Below, piece by piece: positions 1 through 19,216 of a DNA stretch of 64,000 bases. Location: contig OZ024740.1 of assembly GCA_964016885.1 (NCBI GenBank), positions 117,490,001 through 117,554,000 on the forward strand. The letters run 5' to 3'. The translations under genes were made by a program, and so were the position numbers. Every line of letters starts with the position of its first letter. Position 1 is the stretch's first letter. The notes under the pieces are model-generated. The model saw nothing but the letters and a program-made list of their open reading frames with translations. It had not been told where the DNA came from and did not search any database. The DNA comes from Eledone cirrhosa. Its lineage: Eukaryota.

Positions 1-45
1 TATGTGCCTTTGAGAAAAGATTCTAAATTGATAAAGAATTGAATA

Positions 46-1776
46 TTAACTGTATACTTTGTGAAAAGTTCTATGGAATTTATGCAGGCAGATAGAAAAC
101 AAATCTGTACGTCTATTTATTATAGAATCTAGGTTAGAGATAATGGTAAATTTTTCATTTAGGCAGAGATTACAGATTTTAGATAGAGAGCTGTTCAAGT
201 ATGAGGATGCAGAAGAAACCTTCTTCCAAAAGATGGTATATTTAATGTTTTTTGTCTTTTAAGGATCATATGAGTTCTGAGAGAGCAGTGTTGGTTCTTT
301 TAAGTTTGTATTTGAAAGATGAATGATGATTATAGAGACGAGCTTTAAAAGAGGTGGAAGTGGAGCCAAAATAGGTGAAGGAATTGGGGCTAGTTATAAT
401 TTTACATTCATAAATTAAGTTTTTATCGAGACAATGGTTGTTGAGGGGACATTTATTTTTAATGCGGCAGTTGCAATTAGAGAGATTATTAATGAGTGAC
501 CTAGTGTTATCTATAGAAGGAATTGGATTGGAGAAGTTGTTTGCGATAGGAATAATAGGAATAATAGTTTCTTGATTTAGAGTTGGATTATGAACATTTA
601 GCGAAGTTGTGTTTGACGTTGTATTTGGGTTTACAGAAGTTAGCCTAGGGTTTACAATGACGTCGGGAGTACTATTATTGTTATTATGAAATTCAATGTT
701 GGAAGGAAGAGATTTAGTATTTAGTATTTTATTGTTGTGTTTAGAGATGATGTTGGAAATATTGGAGGATGTGGAATAAGAAAATTTGATGGTGTGTTTG
801 TTAAATATTTTACTATAGATATGTGAGGGAGGGAAGCATTTATTTAAGGCACTAAAAAATAATTTAGGAATATTGTTATTAATAGAGATGGAGAAAGGAG
901 CATTATACCAGATTATGTTTTTGTATCTAGGTCTTTTATTAAAATTATTGGAATGATCATGATTAATTATTCTACTGTAAGTTTTTCTAGAATTTGTTTC
1001 TTTACTATATTTGATTTTATCTGGATAGCCGGCTTTAGAAAGTGCGTTATTATAGTAATTGGCGTTAGCATCAAAGATGTTTTTATTAGAAGATATGTTA
1101 GATATTCTTTTTCCAATATTACTAACTATAGCATTCTTGATATTGGTAGGATGGTTAGATTTAAAGTTAACATAATTTAGGTTCTCATTGTTTTTATGGT
1201 AAGGGTAATATAGGCCAGTGTCAAGATTAAGAGATACACCCAAGAAATTAGCTAGTTTGATACTATTATCAAATTCAATTTTTAGGTTATGTTGGTTAAA
1301 GAGATTACGTATATTGTTCTTAATAATATTAAGGTTAACTATATTGCAATTTAGGATAGTAAAGAGTCCATCGTCACGATAAATTCCACCGCGAAGTTGA
1401 GGAATTTTCCGACTCAAAGAGTTCAAAATGAAGATACCAATTAAATCAGTCAATTGGGATGAATCGGATGCTCCCATTGTGATGTCGAAGTTGTTAGAGG
1501 TATCGGCTCTGGTCCAATATTCGTTGTTGAACTCTAGGATGGTTTTACGTGCGGTGAGGATGATGTGAAGTTCATCTGTGGTGATGTCAGAATATTTAAG
1601 TCCGAAAGATAGAGCATTATTGAGAAGTGAAGGCGAAATGGAGGAATAGTAGCTGGCAATATCAAATTGAATAAATTTTAGTTTGTTTTTATTATCCAAT
1701 TTGTTGAACCAGCCAATCACCTCAGAAGTACCAAACCATAAATTTAGGTTAAAAGAAGAGCAATTAGAACTAACCT
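46..1776 (-). mobile_element. Penelope-like retroelement family A (RT plus C-terminal GIY-YIG endonuclease), 5'-truncated and degenerate, probably Hydra clade
   Basis: ORF 266-1720 has the RT motifs FDIASYYSSI, FDITMGA and GIYRDDGL, the linker CNCRIKNKCPLNNHC, and a GIY-YIG-like LIYEC...YFGSTSTSFKARLYNH. After a TGA at 266-268 and a 1-nt frameshift the endonuclease continues (ICNLCLNEK...CLHK) to a TAA at 46-48. Confidence 0.9.
266..1720 (-). pseudogene. PLE reverse transcriptase-endonuclease ORF remnant
   Basis: 484-aa ORF with YRDD catalytic motif. The N-terminus is missing and there is a premature stop where the family B endonuclease has Trp. Confidence 0.85.
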
Positions 1777-2452
1777 CAGAGAGGCCAGTGAAATAGAAAT
1801 TAGAAGACTAAAGCTAAACAGAAATAATGAGTGGAACAACAACAACACCCAAACAAACAACACTGACCTAAGAGAAGTATAAAAAGTAAATAAAATAAAA
1901 TAAAATAAAATAAGATAAATAAATAAATACATACACAAGCACAATAACAACAAGCACATAAACACACACTAGTCACCCAGCAGACACAACACTATACACA
2001 CTAGTCACACAGCACACATAACACTATACACACACGCAAACGCATGCGCAAAGAAGACAAAAGAAAGTAAGATAAACAAACAAGCAAATAAGTAAAAAAA
2101 AATATAGACAGACTGAATAAAAAATGGCGTAGACATACAACACAACAGGAGGAACAAGAATATAACACCACTGACGTAATTATGTAAATTATGTAAACTA
2201 TATATATGTGTTTGTGTCTATATTGTATCTGTATTATTTTTGACCGTCGGTCAGTCAATGGCAACATTGAGGACCGAGTAAGTTAGATCGCAAATATAAA
2301 AGACAGCGAGCAGCGAAAACCAACCATACAGTGAGTGTGTTCTGTTATTAATTCTGGCAATATTACGCAAATATGACCCTCCCCAAGTATAACATTATCT
2401 GTTTCGACACACGATTTCATATAAAAAATCTCGCTAAACTAATTCATCGCCG
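1776..2452 (+). repeat. Inverted pseudo-LTR (3' end) of PLE family A joined to the truncated RT, hammerhead core deleted
   Basis: Reverse complement of 2783-3452. It extends about 55 nt further before (TA)n. CTGACG at 2171-2176 is followed by a deletion of stem II and GAAA relative to the other copies. Confidence 0.75.
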
Positions 2453-2459
2453 CTATATA

Positions 2460-2542
<83 letters not shown>

Positions 2543-2549
2543 GTATATG

Positions 2550-2597
<48 letters not shown>

Positions 2598-2601
2598 TAT
2601 A

Positions 2602-2670
<69 letters not shown>

Positions 2671-2679
2671 ATATATATG

Positions 2680-3499
<820 letters not shown>

Positions 3500-3502
3500 G
3501 TG

Positions 3503-3658
<156 letters not shown>

Positions 3659-3674
3659 TATATATATATATATA

Positions 3675-3746
<72 letters not shown>

Positions 3747-3753
3747 TGTATAT

Positions 3754-3791
<38 letters not shown>

Positions 3792-3792
3792 C

Positions 3793-3863
<71 letters not shown>

Positions 3864-4078
3864 ACATATATATATGTATATATATATGTATATATATATA
3901 TATATATGTATATGTATATATATGTGTATATATATGTATATATATATGTATATGTATATATATATATGTATATATATATATACATTTATATATATATATA
4001 TATGTATATGTATATATATATATGTGTATATGTATATATATATATATGTATATATATATATGTATATGTATATATATG

Positions 4079-4114
<36 letters not shown>

Positions 4115-4189
4115 TGTATATACATATATATACATATACATATATATATACATATATATATATATACATATACATATATATATATATAC

Positions 4190-4297
<108 letters not shown>

Positions 4298-4342
4298 AAG
4301 TATATATATATATGTATATATATATATATGTATATATATATG

Positions 4343-4375
<33 letters not shown>

Positions 4376-4402
4376 GTATGTATATATATATATATATACA
4401 TG

Positions 4403-4433
<31 letters not shown>

Positions 4434-4510
4434 GTATGTATATATATATGTATATATATATATGTATATATATATATATGTATATATATATGTATATATA
4501 TATATATATG

Positions 4511-4594
<84 letters not shown>

Positions 4595-4623
4595 TATATA
4601 TATATGTATATATATATATGTAT

Positions 4624-4705
<82 letters not shown>

Positions 4706-4734
4706 ATATATATATATGTATGTATATATATATG

Positions 4735-5562
<828 letters not shown>

Positions 5563-5565
5563 GTG

Positions 5566-5704
<139 letters not shown>

Positions 5705-5719
5705 ATATATATATATATA

Positions 5720-5791
<72 letters not shown>

Positions 5792-5798
5792 TGTATAT

Positions 5799-5836
<38 letters not shown>

Positions 5837-5837
5837 C

Positions 5838-5868
<31 letters not shown>

Positions 5869-5871
5869 CTA

Positions 5872-6071
5872 NNNNNNNNNNNNNNNNNNNNNNNNNNNNN
5901 NNNNNNNNNNNNNNNNNNNNNNNNNNNNNNNNNNNNNNNNNNNNNNNNNNNNNNNNNNNNNNNNNNNNNNNNNNNNNNNNNNNNNNNNNNNNNNNNNNNN
6001 NNNNNNNNNNNNNNNNNNNNNNNNNNNNNNNNNNNNNNNNNNNNNNNNNNNNNNNNNNNNNNNNNNNNNNN
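5872..6071. other. Assembly gap (200 N)
   Basis: Run of n. Confidence 1.
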
Positions 6072-6173
6072 CCAGTGAAAGACTTGGTACACCTACATAT
6101 GTATACGTGTGTGTATTCATATACACACTAGTATTTCAGTATGCATATGTAGATGTACATTTTTAACTTAATT

Positions 6174-6212
<39 letters not shown>

Positions 6213-6216
<4 letters not shown>

Positions 6217-6333
6217 TACCAGTAAGACCCCGACAGCTGAGCCCAAGCCGTTTCGACGGCCAATTATGGACTGAGTCCAGAATTGGCCGTCGAAACGGCT
6301 TGAGCTCAGCTGTCGGGGTCTTACTGGTTCCTA
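6213..6333. repeat. GC-rich hairpin with 59-bp arms and a 3-nt loop
   Basis: 6213-6271 is the reverse complement of 6275-6333 with 3 mismatches. The loop is TGA. Confidence 0.95.
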
Positions 6334-6446
6334 TTACCCACTCTACTACCTCAAGTATTGAGTACTTTGGTGCGTTAGGGTCCACCTGGTTCCTTACCAC
6401 ATTTCCTTCGTTATATATATATATATGTATATATATAATATATATG

Positions 6447-6513
<67 letters not shown>

Positions 6514-6532
6514 GTATATATATATGTATATG

Positions 6533-6570
<38 letters not shown>

Positions 6571-6677
6571 GTATATATATATGTATAAGTATATATATAT
6601 ATGTATATATATATTTATATATATATATTTATATATATATATATGTATATGTATATATATATATGTATATGTATATG

Positions 6678-6732
<55 letters not shown>

Positions 6733-6808
6733 GTTATATGTATATGTATATATATATATATGTGTATATATATATATATGTATATGTATATATATATATA
6801 TGTATATG

Positions 6809-6839
<31 letters not shown>

Positions 6840-6925
6840 GTATATGTATATATAATATATATGTATATATATATATGTATATATATATGTACATGTATAT
6901 ATATATATGTATATATATGTACATG

Positions 6926-7040
<115 letters not shown>

Positions 7041-7058
7041 TTATATATATAATATATA

Positions 7059-7250
<192 letters not shown>

Positions 7251-7297
7251 GTATGTATATATATATATATTTATATATATATGTATATCAATATATG

Positions 7298-7349
<52 letters not shown>

Positions 7350-7386
7350 ATATATATATATGTATATACATATATATATGTATATA

Positions 7387-7451
<65 letters not shown>

Positions 7452-7540
7452 GTATATATATATATGTAAATGTATATATATGTATATATATATATATATG
7501 TAAATATATATATATGTATATATATATATGTATATGTATC

Positions 7541-7576
<36 letters not shown>

Positions 7577-7619
7577 CATATATATATATATGTATATATA
7601 TATGTATATATATATATAT

Positions 7620-7743
<124 letters not shown>

Positions 7744-7748
7744 GTATA

Positions 7749-8341
7749 TACTCTTTTACTCTTTTACTCTTTTACCTGTTTCAGCCATCCTGCTGAGGCC
7801 ATGCTGGGGCACCGCCCTTGTTGCTACACATTTTATCTCTAGCCTGTATAGGTTGGCCACTGGTGTAGGAGGGAGTTTGTTGCTGCTGCCCTTAGGTTTC
7901 CCTCATGTCTTGCTGTGGGTTCATCCGGGAACCTGGATAACAAGGTGTTGAGATGTTTCTTAAAGACATCCACCTCCACCTCATGCAGGTCTCTCAGATG
8001 CCTCGGCAGCCTGTTGAAGAGTTGAGGACCCTTGAATCCCAAGCTATTGCAATACCTGCTCCTTTATTCTAGATGTGGAAGACGGGACCTTTGGCACACA
8101 CACAGTGACGTCCTGTTCGACGGTTGGTCCAGCTCCCAATGCCAAAGTTTGGTGCTAGTCCCTCAGGATTTTCCACATGTAGATCACTGCGTATCTCTCC
8201 CGTCTTCGCTCCAAGGAGTAGAAGTTCAGTTCCTTTAGCCTCTCCCAGTAGCTTGTCTCCCTCATCTTGGCAATCCTCTTGGTGTAGCTTCGCTGGATTG
8301 CCTCAAGCTCCGTGGTTAGTTTGACACTATGGGGGTGACCA
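7749..8341 (-). mobile_element. 5'-truncated copy of CR1-group LINE family 1
   Basis: Homologous to 21663-22244. Encodes YSLERRRERY and PDEPT...AAATNSLL, with a (GTAAAAGA)n tail. Confidence 0.92.
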
Positions 8342-8414
8342 GTATTTAGTTGCATGCATTTCTTCTTTTTCTTCGTTTTCTTTCTTTCTTTTTATAACTG
8401 TCCCTAATATTTTT

Positions 8415-8693
8415 TCACTACCAAATCAACTTTTCAAATAGAAGTCGAAGTTGAAAGGTTATGTCGAATCTATCTATTTATAAGACTTTTTATATTGTAT
8501 TTTGTCTGAAGAAGGCATAACATATTTTTAATATGATATCACTGAAATATATATAATGAAATAAATATGGTTTTATAAATATAGTTTCCATTTATTTAAT
8601 ATCGTAAATATACTCCAAATACTTGTTGAGTGCTTTTATATCAGTTATAAATATTTACTCGTTGTTAACCCAACAATTTAAATAAAACTTTGC
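8415..8693 (+). repeat. Short hammerhead-like non-coding repeat family D (PLE end or retrozyme-like)
   Basis: Homologous to 15298-15581 (-) and 15582-15700 (+). CTGAAGA...GAAA lies at 8506-8547 and the copy ends in (TA)n. Confidence 0.6.
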
Positions 8694-8713
8694 ATATATG
8701 TATATATATATAC

Positions 8714-8763
<50 letters not shown>

Positions 8764-8772
8764 GTATATATG

Positions 8773-8827
<55 letters not shown>

Positions 8828-8844
8828 CTATATACGTATATATG

Positions 8845-8928
<84 letters not shown>

Positions 8929-8930
8929 TG

Positions 8931-9009
<79 letters not shown>

Positions 9010-9010
9010 G

Positions 9011-9060
<50 letters not shown>

Positions 9061-9061
9061 G

Positions 9062-9098
<37 letters not shown>

Positions 9099-9109
9099 GT
9101 ATATATATG

Positions 9110-9142
<33 letters not shown>

Positions 9143-9219
9143 GTATATATATGTATATATATGTATATATACATATATATATATATGTATATATATATAT
9201 GTATATATATGTAGATATA

Positions 9220-9269
<50 letters not shown>

Positions 9270-9270
9270 C

Positions 9271-9337
<67 letters not shown>

Positions 9338-9368
9338 CATATATATATACATATTCATATATATATAC

Positions 9369-9419
<51 letters not shown>

Positions 9420-9438
9420 CATATATATATACATATTC

Positions 9439-9509
<71 letters not shown>

Positions 9510-9528
9510 AATATATATATACATATTC

Positions 9529-9670
<142 letters not shown>

Positions 9671-9675
9671 GTGTA

Positions 9676-9725
<50 letters not shown>

Positions 9726-9737
9726 CATATATATGTA

Positions 9738-9792
<55 letters not shown>

Positions 9793-9839
9793 GTGTATAT
9801 ATATATATGTATATATATATATATGTATATATATATATG

Positions 9840-9910
<71 letters not shown>

Positions 9911-9923
9911 ATATATACATATG

Positions 9924-10138
<215 letters not shown>

Positions 10139-10153
10139 ATATATATATATGTA

Positions 10154-10204
<51 letters not shown>

Positions 10205-10235
10205 GTATATATGTATATATATATATATATAAATG

Positions 10236-10348
<113 letters not shown>

Positions 10349-10369
10349 GTGTATATATATATATATGTG

Positions 10370-10400
<31 letters not shown>

Positions 10401-10402
10401 TA

Positions 10403-10523
<121 letters not shown>

Positions 10524-10532
10524 TGTATATAT

Positions 10533-10580
<48 letters not shown>

Positions 10581-10637
10581 GTATATATATATATATGTAT
10601 ATATATATATGTATATATATATGTATATATATATATG

Positions 10638-10688
<51 letters not shown>

Positions 10689-10789
10689 TTATATATATAT
10701 ATATGTATATATATAAATATATATATATATGTATGTATATATTTATGTATATATATATGTATATATATATATATGTATATATATATATG

Positions 10790-10822
<33 letters not shown>

Positions 10823-10871
10823 GTATATATGTATATATATATATATATATATATGATATATATATATATAT

Positions 10872-10910
<39 letters not shown>

Positions 10911-10912
10911 TG

Positions 10913-10995
<83 letters not shown>

Positions 10996-11014
10996 GTATT
11001 ATATATATATATGT

Positions 11015-11065
<51 letters not shown>

Positions 11066-11100
11066 TTATATATATGTATATATATATATGTATATATATG

Positions 11101-11133
<33 letters not shown>

Positions 11134-11225
11134 GTATATATATGTATATATATGTATATATACATATATATATATATGTATATATATATATGTATATATA
11201 TGTAGATATATTAATATATATATAC

Positions 11226-11288
<63 letters not shown>

Positions 11289-11290
11289 AC

Positions 11291-11352
<62 letters not shown>

Positions 11353-11396
11353 GTATATATATAGTATATAATATGTATATATATATATATAGTGTA

Positions 11397-11456
<60 letters not shown>

Positions 11457-11469
11457 ACATATATATGTA

Positions 11470-11542
<73 letters not shown>

Positions 11543-11639
11543 GTGTATATATATATATTTATATATATATATGTATATATATATATGTATATATATTTAT
11601 ATATATATATGTATATATATATATGTATATATATATATG

Positions 11640-11743
<104 letters not shown>

Positions 11744-11786
11744 TGTATATAGTATATATATAATATATATTTATATATATATTGTA

Positions 11787-11840
<54 letters not shown>

Positions 11841-11903
11841 TATAAGTATATATGTATATGATATATATATATGTATATATGTATATATATATATATATAA
11901 ATG

Positions 11904-12008
<105 letters not shown>

Positions 12009-12179
12009 TATATATGTATATATATATATATATGTGTATATATATATATGTGTATATATATATATATATGTATATTATATATATTAGTATATATATATAT
12101 ATATGTTATATATATATATTAGTATATATATATATATATATAATATATATTATATATATATATATATATTATATATATG

Positions 12180-12228
<49 letters not shown>

Positions 12229-12238
12229 TATATATATG

Positions 12239-12269
<31 letters not shown>

Positions 12270-12285
12270 GTATATATATATTATG

Positions 12286-12316
<31 letters not shown>

Positions 12317-12343
12317 GTATATATATATGTATATATATATATG

Positions 12344-12394
<51 letters not shown>

Positions 12395-12483
12395 TTATAT
12401 ATATATATATGTATATATATAAATATATATATATATGTATGTATATATATTTTATATATATATGTATATATATATATATTATG

Positions 12484-12526
<43 letters not shown>

Positions 12527-12576
12527 GTATATATATATATATATGTATATATGTATATATATATATATATATATGT

Positions 12577-12608
<32 letters not shown>

Positions 12609-12620
12609 TGATATTATATA

Positions 12621-12651
<31 letters not shown>

Positions 12652-12722
12652 TGTGTTATATGTTTATATATATATATTTATGTATATTATTATATATGTA
12701 TATATATATATATATGTATTAT

Positions 12723-12801
<79 letters not shown>

Positions 12802-12803
12802 TA

Positions 12804-12952
<149 letters not shown>

Positions 12953-13050
12953 GTGTGTATATATATATATATATGTGTGTATATATATATTTATATATGT
13001 GTATATATATTATATATATGTGTATATATATATATGTGTATATATATATA

Positions 13051-13124
<74 letters not shown>

Positions 13125-13432
13125 TATATATGTGTATATATATATATATATATGTCTATATATATATGTCTACATATATATATATGTTTATATATATATA
13201 TATATATGTGTATATATATATATGTCTATATATATGTTTATATATTTATATATATATATATATATGTGTTTATATATATATATGTCTATATATATATATG
13301 TGTTTATATATATATATATATATATATATATGTTTATATGTGTATATATATATATATGTGTATATATATATGTATATATATATATATATATATATGTGTA
13401 TATATATATGTATATATATATATATATATATT

Positions 13433-13569
<137 letters not shown>

Positions 13570-13594
13570 GTACATATATATATGTATAATATAT

Positions 13595-13744
<150 letters not shown>

Positions 13745-13761
13745 CGTATATATATATATAC

Positions 13762-13836
13762 GTAAGTATGTATGTATACGTACATACATATATGTATACA
13801 GACGTACAGTAGCATGCATATATATACACACATATA

Positions 13837-13912
<76 letters not shown>

Positions 13913-14150
13913 GCATACAGGTACACATACATATATGCACGCATCAGTTTAGCCGACGGTTATTATAACGCAGCTTTGTTCGGTTGTTTGTCAACAAACA
14001 GAAAAGCCTGAATTTATGCCATACGGTTTTAAGGCAACCACGTCACCTTTTTGTTCAACACTCACACAGGAACGATGAACTACTAATAAACGTCGGCTAA
14101 ACTGATGCGTGCATATATGTATGTGTACCTGTATGCATATGTGTATATAT

Positions 14151-14210
<60 letters not shown>

Positions 14211-14656
14211 AATATATATGCATGCTACTGTACGTCTGTATACATATATGTATGTACTTATACATACATACTTACATTTAAGTAAGTGCCATACTAAGAG
14301 TGAGAAATGAAATTTCGTTTTCATGATTTTTCAACTTGTCGTTTTCGGTATGCCTGACCGATTTAACTCAATATGCAAATTAGGCTGCTCAGCCGTTAAT
14401 TTTCATAAGGAAAGTATATACTTTCGAACGTTCAACTATCTGGCAGATGGGTAAACGGTTGCTGATGATAGCTAACAAGCTTGAAACTATACATCGTTCC
14501 TGTGTCAGTGTTGAACAAAAAGGTGACGTGGTTGCCTTAACACCGTATGGCATAAATTCAGGCTGTTCTGTTTGTTGACAAACAAGCGAACAAAGCTGCG
14601 TTATAATAAATGTCGGCTAAACTGCTGCGTGCATATATGTATGTGTACCTGTATGC

Positions 14657-14739
<83 letters not shown>

Positions 14740-14856
14740 TGCATGCTACTGTAGTCTGTATACATATATGTATGTACGTATGCATACATACTTACATTTA
14801 AGTAAGTGCCATACTAAGAGTGAGAAATGAAATTTCGTTTTCATTTTTTCAACTTA
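13762..14856 (+). mobile_element. Non-coding ~520-nt retrozyme-like element: partial tandem (about 14085-14856, +) plus an inverted copy (13762-14077, -)
   Basis: GTCGGCTAAACTG recurs at about 14092 and 14612. 13762-14077 is the reverse complement of 14492 to about 14795. It contains a hammerhead and an internal (TA)n and has no ORF. Confidence 0.75.
14458..14495 (+). ncRNA. Minimal type I hammerhead ribozyme, predicted cleavage between 14491 and 14492
   Basis: gttg CTGATGA t AGCT aaca AGCT t GAAA cta TA catc. Confidence 0.7.
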
Positions 14857-14868
14857 TATATATATACG

Positions 14869-14943
<75 letters not shown>

Positions 14944-14969
14944 ATATATATATATATTATATATATATG

Positions 14970-15032
<63 letters not shown>

Positions 15033-15047
15033 GTATATATATATATG

Positions 15048-15181
<134 letters not shown>

Positions 15182-15194
15182 CATACATATATGC

Positions 15195-15288
<94 letters not shown>

Positions 15289-15297
15289 GTATATATA

Positions 15298-15700
15298 TGC
15301 AAAAGTTTTACTTAAAATTGTTGGGTTACAACGAGTAAATATTTTATAACTGATATAAAGCACTCAACAAATTTTGGACTAGATATACGATATTAAAAAA
15401 ATGGAAACTATATTTATAAAACCATATTTATTTCATTATACATATTTCAGGGATACCATATTAAAAATATGGCATGCCTTCTTTAGATAAAATACAATAT
15501 ATAAGTAGTTTTATAAATAAATTTGTCGTACCATAAAAATATTGATCAACTTCCATTTAAAAAAGTTGGTTTGGTAGTGAGTATTTTATTGTATTTTATC
15601 TGAAGAAGCCATGCCATATTTTTAATATGGTATACCCTGAAATATGTATAATGAAATAAATATGGTTTTATAAATATAGTTTCCATTTGTTTAATATCGT
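15298..15700. repeat. Inverted pair of family D hammerhead-like repeats
   Basis: 15298-15581 (-) abuts 15582-15700 (+). Motifs lie at 15436-15490 (-; core mutated to CTAAAGA) and 15596-15651 (+; long stem ATGCCATATT/AATATGGTAT). Confidence 0.65.
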
Positions 15701-15705
15701 ATATG

Positions 15706-15738
<33 letters not shown>

Positions 15739-15796
15739 GTATATGTATTATATATATGTATATGTATATGTATATGTATATATATATATGTATATG

Positions 15797-15872
<76 letters not shown>

Positions 15873-15894
15873 TATATACACATATATATATATG

Positions 15895-15968
<74 letters not shown>

Positions 15969-16000
15969 CATATATATATATATATATATGTATATAAATT

Positions 16001-16034
<34 letters not shown>

Positions 16035-16136
16035 AATATATATATATATATATGTATATGTATATAAATATATATATATATATATATGTATATAAATATA
16101 TATATATATATGTATATATATATATGTATATATATG

Positions 16137-16169
<33 letters not shown>

Positions 16170-16470
16170 GTATATATATATGTATATATATATGTATATA
16201 TATATATATATATATACATATATATATACATATATATATACATATATATTTATATACATATATATATATATACATATATATTTATACATATATATTTATA
16301 TACATATATATATATATATTTATATACATATACATATATATATATATATATTTATATACATATACATATATATATATATATATTTATATACATATACATA
16401 TATATAGATATTTATATACATATACATATATATAGATATTTATATACATATATATATATATAAATTTATA

Positions 16471-16508
<38 letters not shown>

Positions 16509-16789
16509 CATATACATATATATATATATATATTTATATACATATACATATATATATATATATATTTATATACATATATATATATATATATGTATATGTA
16601 TATAAATATATATATATATATGTATATATATATATGTATATATATGTATATATATATATACATATATATGTATATATATATGTATATATATATATATATA
16701 TGTATATGTATATAAATATATATATATATATATGTATATGTATATAAACATATATATATATATATGTATATATATATATGTATATATAC

Positions 16790-16874
<85 letters not shown>

Positions 16875-16875
16875 C

Positions 16876-17022
<147 letters not shown>

Positions 17023-17027
17023 TATAC

Positions 17028-17082
<55 letters not shown>

Positions 17083-17307
17083 CATATATACATATATATA
17101 TATACATATATGTATATACATATATACATATATATATATATACATATATATATATATTCATATATATATATATACATATATATACATATATACATATATA
17201 TATATATACACATATATATATATACACATATATATATACATATATATATATATATACATATATATATTTATACATATATATATATATATACATATATATA
17301 TTTATAC

Positions 17308-17373
<66 letters not shown>

Positions 17374-17375
17374 AC

Positions 17376-17424
<49 letters not shown>

Positions 17425-17456
17425 CATATATATATATACATATATATATATAATAC

Positions 17457-17527
<71 letters not shown>

Positions 17528-17528
17528 C

Positions 17529-17593
<65 letters not shown>

Positions 17594-17696
17594 CATATAT
17601 ATACATGTATATATATATATATATATACATATATATACATGTATATATATATATACATATATATACATGTATATATATATACATATAAATATATAC

Positions 17697-17731
<35 letters not shown>

Positions 17732-17733
17732 CC

Positions 17734-17901
<168 letters not shown>

Positions 17902-17902
17902 C

Positions 17903-17937
<35 letters not shown>

Positions 17938-17938
17938 C

Positions 17939-18012
<74 letters not shown>

Positions 18013-18020
18013 ATATACAT

Positions 18021-18199
<179 letters not shown>

Positions 18200-18286
18200 C
18201 ATTTATATATATATATATACATATATATATATACATATATATATATACATATACATATACATATACATATATATATATACATATAC

Positions 18287-18377
<91 letters not shown>

Positions 18378-18478
18378 CATATATATATACATATATATAA
18401 ACATATATATATATACATATACATATATATAAACATATATATATATACATATATATATACATATATATATATACATAT

Positions 18479-18511
<33 letters not shown>

Positions 18512-18590
18512 CATATATATATATATATATATACATATATATATACATATATATATATACATATATACATATATTTATATACATATACAT

Positions 18591-18659
<69 letters not shown>

Positions 18660-18719
18660 CATATATATATACATATATATATATATATACATATACATAT
18701 ACATACATATATATATATA

Positions 18720-19216
18720 GGGACCAGTGGACAACTGTTCAAAGGAAGAACAGAAAGCACCGAGACACTGGGAGCAAAAAACCCCAAGTAATGTGCAAGT
18801 TTTTCAAGAACGGGACATGCTGGCATGGAGAGACAGGGATGGGATGCAGATTCGCCCACCCTAGGTCTCAAACGAACTATGTCCATCATACTCGCGCAAC
18901 ATGCCCCAGCCAAAGCCGAAATAAGCCGCTCCTGAATTATGCTGATGTGGTGCGTGCCGCACCAACAAGGAGAAGGCACGCACATGCCGACGAGATACAG
19001 ATGGCAGCAGCAGATCAGAAAATTTTTTTAGTGATGGCAGAGAAGATTGTGAGACAGCTGACCTGGCTGCATCGTCTCCAGAGCCAGGGTCATCCACACC
19101 AGCACTCGAGACCACCACAGTTAAGGGACCCAGAGTGGCCGCCGCTATCACCAGACCAGGTGTCATACCGACAGCCATTACTGGCACACCAAAAGTCACA
19201 CCAGTGCTGCTGCTGA
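18720..19216 (+). pseudogene. LINE family 1 ORF1 C-terminal part with CCCH zinc finger
   Basis: [23 protein letters not shown]; the ORF ends HQCCC-stop. Confidence 0.75.

Noticed and set aside
266-268. In-frame TGA in a PLE as possible selenocysteine, as in Naiad elements
   Set aside because: It aligns with Trp, not Cys (compare EKAWTL in family B), is followed by a frameshift, and the domain order is RT then endonuclease, unlike Naiads.
2395-2450. CGATGA...GAAAC on the minus strand as a hammerhead
   Set aside because: It lacks CTGA and stem I. The real family A motif is on the other strand of this repeat.
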